Shown: positions 24,300 through 37,857 of the stretch, in pieces
Layout of the letters: each line of letters opens with the position of its first letter
Position numbering within the stretch: the stretch's first letter is position 1
Position numbers and translations under genes: made by a program
The notes under the pieces: generated by a model
Databases searched by the model: none
What the model was told of the DNA's origin: nothing
What the model saw: the letters and a program-made list of their open reading frames with translations, nothing else
Source of the DNA: Lepidodermella squamata
Lineage: Eukaryota; Animalia; Gastrotricha
NCBI GenBank assembly: GCA_047495785.1
Contig: JBLDXI010000029.1
Coordinates: 1,984,001-2,048,000, forward strand
DNA: 64,000 nt
Direction: 5' to 3'

Positions 24300-24482
24300 G
24301 CAACACATCGTGGAGCAAACGATGATGTAGCTCATTGTCAACAAAGACTGAACTGCGATGATTGCTAAGAAGATGGGCCACGAGATCAATGTGTGTTCGA
24401 GGCTTGATCTCGTTAGGGTGTAGACAAATCCGGCAAGGAGCGATAATATGTACATTATGGCCAGAATAATATCCTGTAAAAT

Positions 24483-25080
24483 ATAGAATTGTCGTCAAAA
24501 ATATAGGTCGAGTCGCTATGACAATTCGATATTTTACGGTATAACATTCGTAAATCGTTCATATCTGAACTCGCCGCACTCGATTTACTCATCGCAACTC
24601 GCCTCCGGCTCGTTCCGACTCGTAAATCTCGGGCGGCTCCGTACAGATATAAACGTTTTACTCATGTCATACCATACAAATAGAATTGTCCCCAGAAATA
24701 TAGGTCGAGTAGCTTTGACAATTCGATATTTTACGGTATAACATTCGTAAATCGTTCATATCTGAACTCGCCGCACTCGGTTTACTCATCGCAACTCGCC
24801 TCCGGCTCGTTCCGACTCGTAAATCTCGGGCGGCTCCGTACAGATATAAACGTTTTACTCATGTCATACCATACAAATATAGCATTCATTTCAAAATTAT
24901 AGTGTTAGTAGATGTGCTCATGCAATATTTTTTGATACAGCACTCGTAAATCGTTTATATCTGAAATCGCCGTACTCGATTTACTCATCACCCCTCGTCT
25001 TCGACTCGTTCCGATTCGTAAATCTCGGCCGGCTCCGTTCAGAAATGAACTCTTTACTCGTGCTATATCAGACAAATATG
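24483..25080. repeat. Tandem ~197-bp units each containing a ~150-bp imperfect palindrome (two near-identical, one diverged)
   Basis: atagaattgtc recurs at 24483 and 24680; palindromic arms flank the centre tcgcctccggctcg. Confidence 0.8.
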
Positions 25081-26439
25081 AAACATATTGTCTCGGAGAA
25101 GCTCCACCAGTTTTCGCAGTTCAATCAAATAATCTTTAGGGCGAAACTATAAATGGGTTAATTAAAGCTCTCTTACCGAAGCCATGTTGTATGCCCAGCT
25201 GTAACATCTTGGAGACAAAAGCTGTAGGACAGCGATCATTAGGCCGAAGTAAGACGGCGTGATGACCCATACTGAGTACAGCCAATTCTGCTGTATTAAA
25301 TCCTCAGAACCAACTTTGACAGCTTCATCTTCGTAGCGGGTCAGATCGACAATATAAGCTATTGATAGAGCTAAGTATACAATGTTGAGTACAAGCTGTA
25401 TCAGTCTGGCGATTCCATAGCCTGATCGCAGTCTTATTGAGATGAAACTCCATTTAGCTTCGGCATGCTCGACATTAATGATGGGTGGGTGTTCCTGAAT
25501 GGTGGGTCTCGCAATGACGTATACTGCCGGCCGATTATCAGTGATCTGTTGCTCGCTGCGATAAAACTGTTTAACAGGTGGAGAATTATAAACCTCGGGC
25601 GGATGGGGTTTATTATCGAACTGCTGGTCGCCGGGATGAAATTGGAGAGCAAGCTGGGGATAATTATCAACTTGTTGCTGAATAGCTAGTTGTTGCCCAT
25701 AGCGATGGAATCGGTGAGCAGATGGAGGAGCAGCTTGCAGCGTCATGCAATATTTTGTGAGAATTCGATATATGTTTTCAAGGGGCACCTAAAACGTTCA
25801 CATGAAAAAACACCTAAATTCATGCAAAAAGTAACCAAGCTTTTGTAGGAGAGTATTTTTATGTATTATTATGCAGCTGAAGGCATCATGGGTGACTCAT
25901 TTCTGAGCGTAGCCTCCCTGCGGCTATTTCCTGAATCGGTTTATTTGTATTTGTTGGAATTTGGTTTAGCTTTTGTGGGAGATTTCTCTTGAAGCTGCTC
26001 TAATGAGCTGTGCATGAGTCAAAACTGACTAAATCCTTTTATTAGCTTAAATAATAAGGAGCCGTCATTTCTCTAAGAATTATGACTTATGAATCACAGT
26101 TAACAATTTCCTTTGTAATGCTAGAATCAGCTATGGGCATTACTTCTCACGGTGTTGGGTTCGATGATCCTTCCGACTCATATTCATTTTTGCGAGTTGC
26201 CCCGGATATGTGTAAAGCCATTAAACCATTCAGGCTACTTCAGCTAAGATTTTGTAAAAAAATGCTGGCGTCCGAATCGAATTATTATTCGTGTATTATC
26301 GAAAAAGCTTTATCGAATTTCTGCACAGTGATTCGTATTCGTTAATTCCTTCAAATGGTACCATGATAAGGATTAGGTGCAGATGAAAATTTAACAACGA
26401 GTTGTTCCATGTAAATGTTTTTGTTACTAATTGTCTTCG

Positions 26440-26709
26440 TTATGTGACCACTTTTTAGGCGGGAAACAGCGCCTTCTCCTATTGGTTAATTCAAATACTA
26501 CGCGGGCGATTCAAATGATCATTTTTGCATTAAAAAAATAGGCTTGGCAATCATTTAGCGCTATATGGCGCTATTTTATCGAAAACGCGTACCAATTGTA
26601 GTAAAAACGATCATTTTCCACAAAAAACAACTGTTTGAATCGCCCGCATAGTATTTGAATGAACCAATAGGAGACGGCGTTGTTTCCCGCCTAAAAAGTG
26701 GTCACATAA
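26440..26709. mobile_element. MITE with ~75-bp TIRs
   Basis: ttatgtgaccactttttaggcgggaaac... / ...gtttcccgcctaaaaagtggtcacataa. Confidence 0.8.
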
Positions 26710-26711
26710 TG

Positions 26712-27117
26712 CATGAGACGTACCAGGACGCGGCGGCTTCGAAGCTCCCGTTATCCGGGTTTGCGTAAAAAATCACGTGACGTGTTTAGCATAAGTGTGC
26801 ATAATAATTACTTTCGATGGCAAATTTTGTATTGAGTATAAAATTAATTTGCCATCGAAAATAAAAATTATAATTGAAAACAAAATAACCGATCGTTTCG
26901 CGACCCCGCCGTTTTCTTTAATATCGAGATCTTCAGGCCACTGCAAAAAACTGATCTTTGCGTAAATACGGGATTTTCATGAATGAGATTTTTTGCTGGC
27001 CGCAGAAGAAAAATAACGATCGCTGCTAATGAGGTTATTTTTAGCTACAACGACCTTTGGACCTTATTAAAATAAACACAAAAATGAGGCATCTAAATCG
27101 AGGCGCCGCGTCTCATG
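26712..27117. mobile_element. hAT-like non-autonomous element
   Basis: TIR catgagacg / cgtctcatg; 8-bp TSD acataatg / acataata (7 of 8 match). Confidence 0.55.
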
Positions 27118-27881
27118 ACATAATATTGCTGCTAAATCAATCTACAAGACAGGGTCAATAAAATCACCGAGCTGCGACTTAAAAATGTGTACCTTTCTGG
27201 CAGCAATCGTGAATATTTTAAGGTCTCATCGTTTAAGGTCAACATGAAATCGTCATCAAGTCATTGTTCGCGTCGAATGTGGCTACATCGAACCCTGATA
27301 TGGAAGCCATGTCGTATAACATAAAACGTGCTTTCTGACTGAAATGATACCTTCCACTTGAGTTCCATTTGAGTACCTGCTCTTTAAGGATAGGTCGTAG
27401 GATGATCTAAACCAAGGATCTAACCCAATACATATTGGTGCAATCATCACGTCTCGCACGTCGGCTGGTCGCTGATCAGCTCATGAACATGTTGAGCAGT
27501 CCGGCCCTAACTTTGAGGCACAATGGGTGCTGCAAGAATTATATTTTCAAACAATAAAACAATTTCATTGCCGCTATCGCCAGAGAAGCGGGTTGTTACC
27601 GTTAGTATGTTAGTAATCGCGCGGCCAGAAGCAGTTCCAAAGTTGTTGCGCCTTATTGTTAAATGTTAAATGCGCGATCGGATAGTGAGCCGTCAAAAAA
27701 GCACTAACCTAGTTATCTGACAATAAAATACCCGACTGCAGATTCTACCCTGAGTTCATAAAAATCTTGTTTCAGCATGAACTATTTTATTTTTCAGTGT
27801 GAGATGCTTTGTATAATTATAGGAAGCATTATATATTTTTCACTCTTTTTGCATGAACCAGCTCAGAAACCAATCAAAATA

Positions 27882-28062
27882 TCGTTAGCGACGCGCCAAA
27901 ACAACCAGTTTGATGATTCATTCGATCGTACTTCAGAGAGCCTAGCGCCTAGCGTATGGATGAAGTACTTTTTATTTAGCGCATTTACGTTCAATGGCCG
28001 AACCTACTTTCCCAGAAAAATCTATACATAGTAAAGTGGTTGCTTTGGCGCTTCGCTAACGA
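27882..28062. mobile_element. MITE with TCGTTAGCG termini and TA TSD
   Basis: TA|tcgttagcgacgcgccaaaacaacca...tggttgctttggcgcttcgctaacga|TA; a related left end lies at ~41296. Confidence 0.75.
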
Positions 28063-28085
28063 TATCATAACAATGACACCTTAAC

Positions 28086-31000
28086 TTCAGCAACCACCTC
28101 TTTCTTCATTATCCTCTCTCCTGCATATTCCTAACCGCTTGCCGCTTGAAAAACAGAGAGAAAGTGCGAGTGAAAACACAAATGGGAACAAAATCAGAGA
28201 GTCATCAGTGACAGGAAATATTGGATATATATTTCAGCAACCACCATCAGCAGCCACATCCTCCGTCTCCTCCTCCACATCCTCCTACTCCAGGTCCTAC
28301 TCCGAATCCCCACCACTTGCCGCTGGTAAAGCAAAAAGACGAATTGCGAGTGAAAAGATAAAGGAGAACAAACTAGGAGAGTCGTAAATAAGGAAATTAA
28401 GACTTACCCCGGATGATCGCTGCCGATCGGCCTCTGCTGCTTTCCCCAACTGAAATTCCGGTTCGGGGATCCGGTTTGCATTTGAAACACATTGCGGAGG
28501 AAACGATGATGTAGCTCATTATCAGCAATGACTGGACTGCGACGATTGCCCAGCCGATGGGCCACGAAATCAATGTGCGGTCGAAGCATGGCACAGTCAA
28601 GCCACGGGCCATGACGTATATATACAAAACGTGCCATAAAGAATACTGAACATCCTGCAGTAAAAAACATAATTTGACAGGTTACTGGAAGCTTTTATCG
28701 AGGGAGTGCTGTAATCAAGTATGTCAATTGTCAATGGGTTTGAAAAACTCCTGGGAAATCTTGTCCAACCGGGTTAAATACCAAAAATGACCGAACCAGT
28801 TATCATCGGGGGTTTTTCGGCTCAATCGGGCACGTATTAGTTCCGTCCGGGCCCCAAGCGTCGATTGCGCAATTGAAGGTTTAAAATGGACAAAACGCTT
28901 GGAGGGATAGAGATGGAGTGAGCACTCTATCTTCCCATGCTGCGTGTGCGCGCTACTGATCACCGCGTGGAATTTAGATTGCGGTTCTTCCGAGGATTTA
29001 CCAGTAAATCTAGTACTATGTAATTTTCTTCTGTAAAACTAAGGGTAAAGGAAATTTTCTCCGTAGAAAGTATGGTTGAATTTTCTACACAAAGTTGCAA
29101 CATACGGGACACTGTAATTTCTGTACATTCCTCTATTTTCTGTAGCGATTGCAAATTCTTGAGCTGGATGGCCGCTATTAGACCAAACGATTGGTCGTTA
29201 CAAACGAATTTTGTCCACTAGAAAAAGCTCCGAAACCTCCTAAAAATGAGGATATAGCAGGATTTTCCAGACGTTATGATTTTGGTTTTTACATTTCGTC
29301 CGATTGGTTGTTAAGGGCGATTCACAAACTCGTGTTTTCCACATGAATGATGCAAAAGATTTTTTGCAGGCTCACTTGAATCATGAACGATGATCCAAAC
29401 CCTTTCACATAATTCATGATTCAAATAACTGCTTAGCCAATTTTTTCTTTTTATATGCGGTCAAAAAAGGAATGCGGTCGTAAGGCATGGGACTTTTTCA
29501 AATTCTGCAAGTCAAAACAAAAATGGAAGATAATGACAGGAACGCCATCAGCCACCGAAGCTCGCTAGTTGTATAGGGGTTTAGCTCTGAGCATGCGAAA
29601 CCAACATCATGGGTTCTGTGCTCAGTGGCGGCTTCGTTTTTTCGATCAACACTCAGTCGCAAACAAAAACATCGTTATTTGAATCATGAATTATGACTAA
29701 TAATTTGTGAAAGGGTTTCGTTCATCGTTCATGATTCAAATGGCTTCTCGGCAGTTTTTTGCAAGAGATGAATTTTGCGCATAAAAAAGAACGATGAATC
29801 ATGAATGTGTATTTTACACACGAGTTTGTGAACCCCACTTTAAATTGTAATATTATGTGTAACATGCTTAAACCAACACCGCATTTACCCTTTATAAGAT
29901 ATATAGTTATACTGTTATATAGTTGTAGTGTTTTACTTAATGACTACGAGCAATGATGTCTTGATAAGAGCAAGGAATTAGCTGCACTGTGGAACCACTC
30001 AAAAGTCCATTCCTGACGCGCACGCCTATTGGTCAATCGATCGTTGCTATGACTCCTGGATGAAACGTTCAGTCGTGCGATCCATAACAGTTTTTGCAAC
30101 AATGTTTTTTGCCGCAGTAATTTGCCACGATTAATATGGAATTTACGCAAGTGGTCAATGGAGGGTGTGGCAAGGTCATTTTTAACATAAATTAAAGGGT
30201 GTTGCTATCGGCACATAATTATGTGCCTCTTATTGGCTATTGGCACATACATTATGTGCCCCTTAATGGCTATTGGCACATAACGCTAATTTCAATGTTC
30301 GATGTTTTAGAAAGTCATGCATCGAATTGTTCCACGAGTATTGCTACTGGGGTTTTCGTCAACGGGGAATCGAATGGCGATATCGAAACTGCAGTCATGG
30401 GCCCGCGAATCGGGGTTTCCGTCATCTAATGGGTAGCCCAAGTAGAGTATCTGAGGTCTATCGCACAGTTACCTGAAATCCGACGATTCCAGTGAATTCG
30501 CCGCCTCTAGATTGCTAATGTAAGGTTGAAACGCTGGTATCTGAGAATTAAACTCCCGAAAAAAGCAGTTAAATGGAAAATGTTATGTGCCAATAGCCAT
30601 TAAGGGGCACATAATGTATGTGCCAATAGCCATTAAGGGGCACATAATTATGTGCCAATAGCCACACCGTAAATTAAAAATAAAATTTATTAGTGGATCG
30701 CACGACGGAAATGTTTCATCACGGAGTCATAGCAACGATCTATTGGCCAATCAGCGTGCGCGCCAAAGTTCAACTTTTTAGTGGTTCCACAATGTGATAC
30801 ATTTTTGGTTAGAAAAAGATAATCTGTTACCAGAACCATTTCGGAAGTCCAGCTTTCGTCCTTTATGGACATTAGATGATAGAGGGCCCCGAATAGGCTG
30901 ACGGAAGGCGGAAAAAAGAAGGTCCAATCGTCGGGGTGCCGACGTAGCATTGTTTGGCAATGAGAACCATCTTTGAGAGTTTTGCTTTCATATCGGCGCA

Positions 31001-31250
31001 TATCTTCTCTAATAACAATCAATAGAGCAATGTGTACAATACTAAGTACAAGTTGTAGCAGTAGCGCGATTCCACAGCCTGATCGCAGTCTGATTGAAGT
31101 TAAGCTCGGTTTAGGTTTGACATGCTTATGCCAGTTCATGATCGGCAAGTGTGCTGGAACGCCGGGAATCGCTATGACGTAAACTTCCGGCCGATTAGTA
31201 TCGAACAGTTGCTCATTGCGAAGAAATTGCTGAGCACCTGTAAGCGGCAT
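28086..31250 (-). CDS. Highly divergent copy G12; exons 31250-30831, 28654-28408, and two tandem defective exon 3 copies (acceptors 28322, 28144)
   Basis: Exons 1 and 2 are open with GT/AG sites despite heavy divergence; both tail exons stop early (AASGGDSE*, AASG*). Confidence 0.55.
29315..29838. mobile_element. MITE, PIF/Harbinger-like (GGG start, TAA context)
   Basis: ttcacaaactcgtgt / acacgagtttgtgaa termini; internal inverted tcatgaa-rich blocks. Confidence 0.6.
29985..30794. mobile_element. CMC/EnSpm-like MITE (CAYTGTGGAACCAC termini, 2-bp TSD TG) hosting a nested element
   Basis: TG|cactgtggaaccact...agtggttccacaatg|TG. Complete family member at 52980-53317; fragments at ~12680-12875, ~52785-52835 and ~55135-55320. 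Confidence 0.75.
30197..30669. mobile_element. Mutator-like MITE with 9-bp TSD and subterminal ggcacata/tatgtgcc repeats, nested in the previous element
   Basis: TSD taaattaaa at 30188-30196 and 30670-30678; ~90-bp TIRs. Confidence 0.85.
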
Positions 31251-31963
31251 TGAAAATACTTGGGATTAAAAATACTCGCACGTGAGGTGCATATACGTGG
31301 TTGAAGGCATCATGACCCACTATTCCTGTAAACGCGCTGTCGCTCTCAAATTACAGCTTCAGGTTTGGCTGAACTTTTGGTGGCAGGTTGGAAATCCGCT
31401 ACAGGCCACTGCGTGAAGCTCTGTATCAGCCTGGGCTGACTAACTGCTACACTCTTGTTACTTGCATAAGTGTATAATGACAAGTTAGTTATTTTTACAT
31501 TCCTGTTATTTGCAGGTATGAACAAAAGAGTTTATTTTCAGTTCTATGATTCGTAGATCACATTCAACTACCATAGGTGTGAAAATACTAACCCGGGCTT
31601 ATGCAAATTTAGTAGTAGTTCTAGTATAGTCCCCTTGCGGCAGGCCTAGTCAACCGTGGCGATTTTTTTTAATTTTCAAATTTCAAAGTACCAGCTTCCG
31701 CTCAGATTTCGCCCAATTATATGAGTATGTTTATAATTGAAAATGTTTGCTTTACGGCCGGCGTCACCAGATTGTTCAAATACAGAGGAATAGTATTTTG
31801 AATGGCGGAGAGTCGTTTGGTGTAAACGGAGGCATCGCTCGTAGAACTAATCCATCTTGTCCGCGCTATTACTCAGAGCCATATAAAAATACAACGTTGA
31901 GCATTCAGATGAAGACACGCATCTTGGTCGCCTTGCTGAGCTGCTTCGACCACTAAACCACGC

Positions 31964-32877
31964 TCAGCGAGGAGAATGGCAGCATAGTAGAGCCGAGTCT
32001 CGATTTGGTTTTCCAACCAATTGTCGATTGCTGCATTCGCAACACATTGTAAAGCAAACGATGATGTAGCTGAATGTCAGCAAAGACTGGACAGCGACGA
32101 TCGCCAAGCCGATGGGCCACGAAATCAAGGTGGGGTCAAAGCTTGGCCTCGTTAGGGTGTAGACAAATCCGGCAACGGATGGTGCGTATAATGTGGTCAG
32201 GAGAATATCCTGCATTGAAAAACATCATGCTACTTGAAATGATCAATACGTTTTGGATGATTCATTCATACAAAGGAGCAACATTTTGTTTAATCGAAAA
32301 AACAGATATCTCTTACCGAAATCATGTCGTATGCCCAGCTGTGGCATTTCTTGACCAAAAGCTGTAGGACAGCGGCCAAGAGGCCGAAGAAAAACGGCGT
32401 GATCACCCATCCTGAGTACGGCCAACTCTGCTGTAGTAGGTACTCGGCACTAACTTTGTCAGCTATTTCTTCATAACGGCGCAGATCGACAATATAGACT
32501 GTCGATAGAGCGATGCAATAAATGTTGAGTGTAAGCTGTAACAGTCTTGTGATTCCACAGCCTGATCGCAGTCTTATTATTAAGCTCGGCTGAGACTTGA
32601 CATGTTCAACATTCATATTGGCTGAGTGTCCTTGAATGGTGGGCCTCGCTCTGACATAAACCGGAGTTCGATGAGAACTAAAATGCTGCTCATTATGTTT
32701 CATTTGGTTGGCTGGTGGAAAATCATAAACCGCTGGCCAATGGGTAGAGAATTGCGGGTCGTCAGGATGAAATCGGTGAGCAAGTGGAGGATAATTGTGA
32801 AATGGCCGATGACTAGCTGACTGATGCTCATAGCCATAAAATTGGCGAGCAGGTGTAGAAGCAGCTTGAAGCGACAT
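31964..32877 (-). CDS. Copy G13 (sister of G1), 3'-truncated; exons 32877-32317, 32209-31964
   Basis: Open exons 1-2 end at ...SALLCCHSPR* next to an RTE relic; no exon 3. Confidence 0.6.
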
Positions 32878-33445
32878 CCAAAATGTTTTGTAGATTGGAT
32901 ATGAGTGCAGTTGAGGCGCATTGAAAAAGCTGCAGGCATAATCATTGATTCATGGTTGACTCATGGTTGCAGCACATCGTCAGGGAAAGCTACTTTTTGA
33001 GTCTTGGGTATGTTGGCGTAAAAGTACGTAAAAGTTCACTTTTGCTAACACTACTTGCCGCACTGCAGGTATAATGCTTAACTCATGGCTGCAGCACATC
33101 GCCGAGGAAAGCTAATTTTTTAGTATATGGTATGTTGATGTAAACGTTCGATACTGCTTGTTGTTGCACAAAATCATGATGCCTCCTTGGCTCCCCAAAA
33201 AGAGTCTGCAACCAGAAACCGTATGAGAACGCAAAGGTTTTCGATCTAACTTCAACCAGTACTCAATTTATTGATGCCACCGAACATTGTAATATATTCA
33301 AATCGGACGAATATATCCTTGAATTAAGTTCAATTTATTACAATCGATGTGAGACCCCCTATTTTGTGTCTGTGATAGGAAATGTAGGATATTATAATCA
33401 GCTGCAACCTTCGAATCCTCCGCCTCCTTCTCCGTCGCATCCTCA

Positions 33446-35486
33446 TCATGCTCCTCCCCCGATATAATCCATATTATACACTGTCCCGAAAAACAAAAAG
33501 GAATAAAAACGAGAATTGACTAGGAGAGTCAGAAATAAGGAAATTGCGACTTACTCCGCATTGCGCGTTGTCGTTCATCCTCTGCTGCCATCTCAAGCTT
33601 AACTCCAGGGTCGGCCGCGTAGGCAGCATGAAGGCAGCACATACAAGTTGAGTAGTGATCCGGTTTTCCAACCAGTTGCCAATTGCTGCATTTGCAACAC
33701 ATCGTAGAGCAAACGATGATGTAGCTCACCGTTAACAAAGATTGGACTGCGACAATTGCCCAGCCGATGGGCCACGAAATCAAGGTGTGTTCGTAGCATG
33801 GCTTCGTTAGCGTAAAGACAAAGGCGATAATGAATGGTATGTACAGTATAGTCAGAAGAACATCCTGAATTGAATAGCGTAATGTTATAAGCACCTTTAT
33901 AACAAGTGTAAAGCGTGGGTTAAGTTGATCTGACGTCAAACAAGCTCACTTTTCTAATACTTCCACATTTCTATTCCACAACGCATAAAGCCTCCTTAGT
34001 TCCAAAAAGAGTCAAAATCCATTTGAGTAAAAGCATGAAACGTAGTGACGCCGAAATTTCGCCGCAAGCTAAAATCTACCCTTATAGCAGCACGCAGGAA
34101 AAGGTCTTACAGGCTGATGTTTGTATTCGAAAATGGTTTCGTAAATAAGGACTTTAGCGCTTTTAGCGTGGCATTGAATGCCACATGGTCAACATAAATT
34201 CATCAACTACCAATTTTAATCATGCCTCAGACTTTCGATGCATTTAATTCAGACGACCCCCGAAAATACCTGAAATATCTTCGTCCGATTTATAATTTTG
34301 CCAAGGAGTGCCGCGATATGGTACAAAATTGGCTCAGCATGTTGTATGAACATGAACTCATCATCTTAACACTTTAACCGCCAAAAATAGACTGCGATGT
34401 CCTAATAATCCTGGGTCTGTCAAAAAGTTCTTTTTTCGGGTCAACGATGCGTCGTAGTGCAGAATGCCTGACATCAAACATGTAGCCTGACATGTAGTCC
34501 ATGGCCCGGCGGTTCTTTTGACACCGAATTCGGGGCCAAAGACTTCAAGGAACGCACAGAAAACAACTTGTAAAAACAGTGAAATTTCGATTGTTGCGCC
34601 ACAATCTGGGTCTATTAATTAGGTCCAATTCCGAGTCTGATTTTTGGCTCTAATCCAAAATGTCGACGCTATTTTTCAATGACCTGCTCAGACCTTGAGG
34701 CCCCGAATTCTGTGTCAAAAGAACTGCCGGATCATGTCCGTCTGTCAGGCATTTTCCCTGCTCTACGACGCATCGTTGACCCGAAAAAAAACTTTTCGAC
34801 ATACCCAGGGTTTAAACCCAAATGTCGGATCTCCAATGTATTTTTGGCAGTTAAAGTGTTAAGGTAATTTTACTGATAATTTAGGGAGCCCTAATGAGAA
34901 TTCATATTTTCTCTTATTTACAATGACGTGTACGGCAAGGAATTTGCTGATGCACTTGTTGAGCTACTAAGATGGGTCCTTTAATGTTCAAAGGGGGAAG
35001 TTCAGGAGACAGGAGACCTGACGGTCAGGGCGGGTGCAGTGTCTCAAAAAGCTGTAGGTATTTACTAGGTATTTATAGTATAGGTAACCTAATTAGCCTA
35101 ATTTATAAAAATGATGCAAGCTCTCATACCGAAGCCATGTCGTAAGCCCAGCAGTAGCATCGTTTGAGCAAAAGCTGTAGGACAGCGGCCAAGAGGCCAA
35201 AGCAAGACGGCGTTATGACCCATCCGGAGTATATCCATCGCTGCCACAGCATACACTCAGCATCAGCGCTGACGAATTTGTTTTTACATTGGCCCCGATC
35301 GACGATGTAGACTATCGATAGAGCCATATTTACAATGTTGAATAAGAGCTGAAAAAGTCTTGCGATTCCATAGCCTGATCGCAGTCTGGTTGAAATAAAG
35401 TTCGGTTCAAAGTCGGCCGTCGCTAAGTCGTAAACTTGCGACCGATGAATATTGAACAAGTTGCTCATTACAGTTCGAAACGACAT
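33446..35486 (-). CDS. Copy G14; exons 35486-35130, 33864-33555, 33480-33446; short tail
   Basis: Open exons with canonical splice sites; tail MYNMDYIGGGA*; MITE in the 5' leader. Confidence 0.6.
34370..34858. mobile_element. piggyBac-type (TTAA) MITE, older copy
   Basis: TTAA|cactttaaccgccaaaaata...tttttggcagttaaagtg|TTAA; same family as 35532 in inverted orientation. Confidence 0.85.
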
Positions 35487-35531
35487 TGGAAATGTGCGAA
35501 TTAAATATACGCGCATGCGAGGTGCATTTAA

Positions 35532-36036
35532 CACTTTAAATGCCAAAAATAGACTGCGAGGTCCGATATTTGGGTCTAATTCCTGGGTCTGTCAAACAGT
35601 CTTTTATTTCGGGTCAACGATGCGTCGAGGGGCAAAATGCCTGACGGCAAAGTGTAGGCCATGACCTGGCGGTTCTTTTGACACCGAATTCGGGGCCACA
35701 AGGTCTGAGCAGGTCATTGAAAATGACAGTGAAATAACGTCGAAAATTTTGGATTGGAGCCAAAAATCAGACCCAAGAATTGGACCTAATTATTAGACCC
35801 AGATTATGGCGCAACAATCGAAATTTCACTGTTTTTCAAGTTTGATTTCTGTGCGTTCGTTGAAGTCTTTGGCCCCAAATTCGGTGTCAAAAGAACCGCC
35901 AGGTCATGGCCTACACTTTGCCGTCAGGCATTTTGCCCCTCGACGCATCGTTGACCCGAAATAAAAGACTGTTTGACAGACCCAGGAATTAGACCCAAAT
36001 ATCGGACCTCGCAGTCTATTTTTGGCATTTAAAGTG
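35532..36036. mobile_element. piggyBac-type (TTAA) MITE with ~165-bp apparently perfect TIRs in the 5' leader of G14
   Basis: TTAA TSD; the empty site ggtgcatTTAAatag is present in paralogs at 5971 and 44075. Confidence 0.93.
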
Positions 36037-36390
36037 TTAAATAGTTGAAGACTAATTATCTTGTAATCGCTTTATCGCGCTTAAATTAGAGCTTCCGATT
36101 TGGCTGAACTTTTGGTGACAGGTGCGCTATAGGCTACGGTGAAGGGCTATGTATCAGCCTAGACTGACTGAAGGCTAAATTCCTATTATTTGCTTATAAT
36201 GACAATTCAGCTATTATTTCCGTTCTATGACTCGTGGGTCACATTCAACTAACGCATGTCAAAATACTAACCCGAGCTTATGCTGCAAATGTATGCTGCG
36301 CCTCATCTCCATACCAAAATCTCGCTATTATGCCAACTGGTTTATTTTGAGCAGGCTACTAGCTCAGTCCATAGCTAAATTAGATCTTAA

Positions 36391-37641
36391 CCCTTTAATG
36401 GCGGAATTATTCATCTCCGGGAGAAAACATATTTGACGGCAGTTTTATGGGTTTTTCAAGGCCCTGGTCACGATTTTGAAATCCGTTTGTTGTATCTATC
36501 ACCTTTAAGGCTGTTCGAAAACTGGCCAATATCGTCCCATCCACCCAGCTGATTTCAGGCGATTTTTTGAGCACCCTAATTTCTGTGTCAGGTGACTTTA
36601 GCTTTGGAATTTTAGATTCCAAATTACTCCCATGAAGATCCCCCTCACTTATATCACCGAAAAAAGTTATTTTAGACAAGTTTTAGAGGCTATAGGCTCA
36701 GCATTCAGCTTTTCCAGTATTTCCTCTCGGAAAGTTATTGCAGCACAATAATCACGTACTCCGCCTGTATAATTCTGAGCGGATAGGGTGAATTTGGCCG
36801 GTTTGATTGAATTTTAATAGCGCCATCATTTTTAATTTCCAACTTTAATTTCCACTTTAATTTATGTCAATGAGACTATGGCGGACACGGTGGTATTTTT
36901 TGCTAGATCAAAAAGATCGGAGACCTGTGACTGAATGGTTAAGCGTCCGCAGTGCTTTCTCAGAAGGTCAGTGGTTCGCTTCCAAGTCACGGCGCGTGTG
37001 TAACTGAGCAGAGCACTTTTACCCCTACTGCTCCGGCTGAGTGGCGGCAATACACCCTTGGTCACCGATCCTTCTCGTCGGAACTAATCACCTCGGTCAG
37101 CAATAGCCGAGCGAAGCCTCACGACATCCGTCTAGGTCGGTATGGTGCCAATGGAGCTTGCAGTGTCGCACGGTGCAAAAGTTCTATTGCGCAAATGGAC
37201 GCCGACACGGACAGCAATACCCGTTGATCTGCGACATCACACCCTCTGGTTCACACCCTATACGGTATACGGCGCAGCAACCCGACATCCTCTGCCTTCG
37301 GCCAGCAATAGCCACTAGAATAACACTTGAGTGTCTGTGATAAGTTATGCCTTACTATGTGCTAAAATCATGCCAATGATAATTGCACGCCAAAAAAGTT
37401 TTCAAGTTTTCAAGTATGAAAATTCAAGTTGAATAAATCGAAATTTCAATCTCAGGTTGGCTATTATCAAATTGCTAGTATATCCTGACCGTGCAAGAAA
37501 ACGGCGTCCGGGTTTCAAAATCACGTAGTTAACATCGAAAAGCAATATTCGTCAGAAAGACGATCAAGAATTCATGAAACTCAATTTTCTGCGAATTTTC
37601 GAAGTTGAATTTCCGAAATCGTCCTTCCCGCCGTGAAAGGG
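36391..37641. mobile_element. Non-autonomous piggyBac-like element (1.25 kb)
   Basis: TTAA|ccctttaatggcggaa...ttcccgccgtgaaaggg|TTAA; CCC...GGG termini; no transposase ORF seen. Confidence 0.75.
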
Positions 37642-37857
37642 TTAACAGTATTGGCTTTTAGCTGCAAATTATTGAGTGCATGTCCCCATCTGATTACGAT
37701 TTGAGAAGATTTCGCCCATGATCACTGATATACCCCCTGCCTAATGAACATTATTATTGTATTCAACCCTATCGAGCACGTGGGCTATCACCAAGTAAAA
37801 AGACAGCAAAAATCTTGTTTCTGCCTTTTGGTGGCCGAAATCTATGACACAACGATA

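Larger units (their letters stand above)
20341..25746 (-). pseudogene. Copy G11, disrupted by TEs; exons 25746-25177, 24473-23548 (interrupted), 20471-20341
   Basis: Exon 1 is open, but exon 2 is split by a 609-bp MITE, intron 2 holds a LINE and intron 1 holds tandem hairpins. Confidence 0.8.

Noticed and set aside
23598-24498. Several GC-rich ORFs sharing GPCAVKRDFIEFVKF
   Set aside because: Produced by the two arms of the palindromic MITE.
29550-29640. tRNA-like stretch inside a MITE
   Set aside because: Boxes are too degenerate and no cloverleaf is formed.
36862-37340. Possible transposase inside the piggyBac-like element
   Set aside because: Only short ORFs, with no recognisable DDD motifs.
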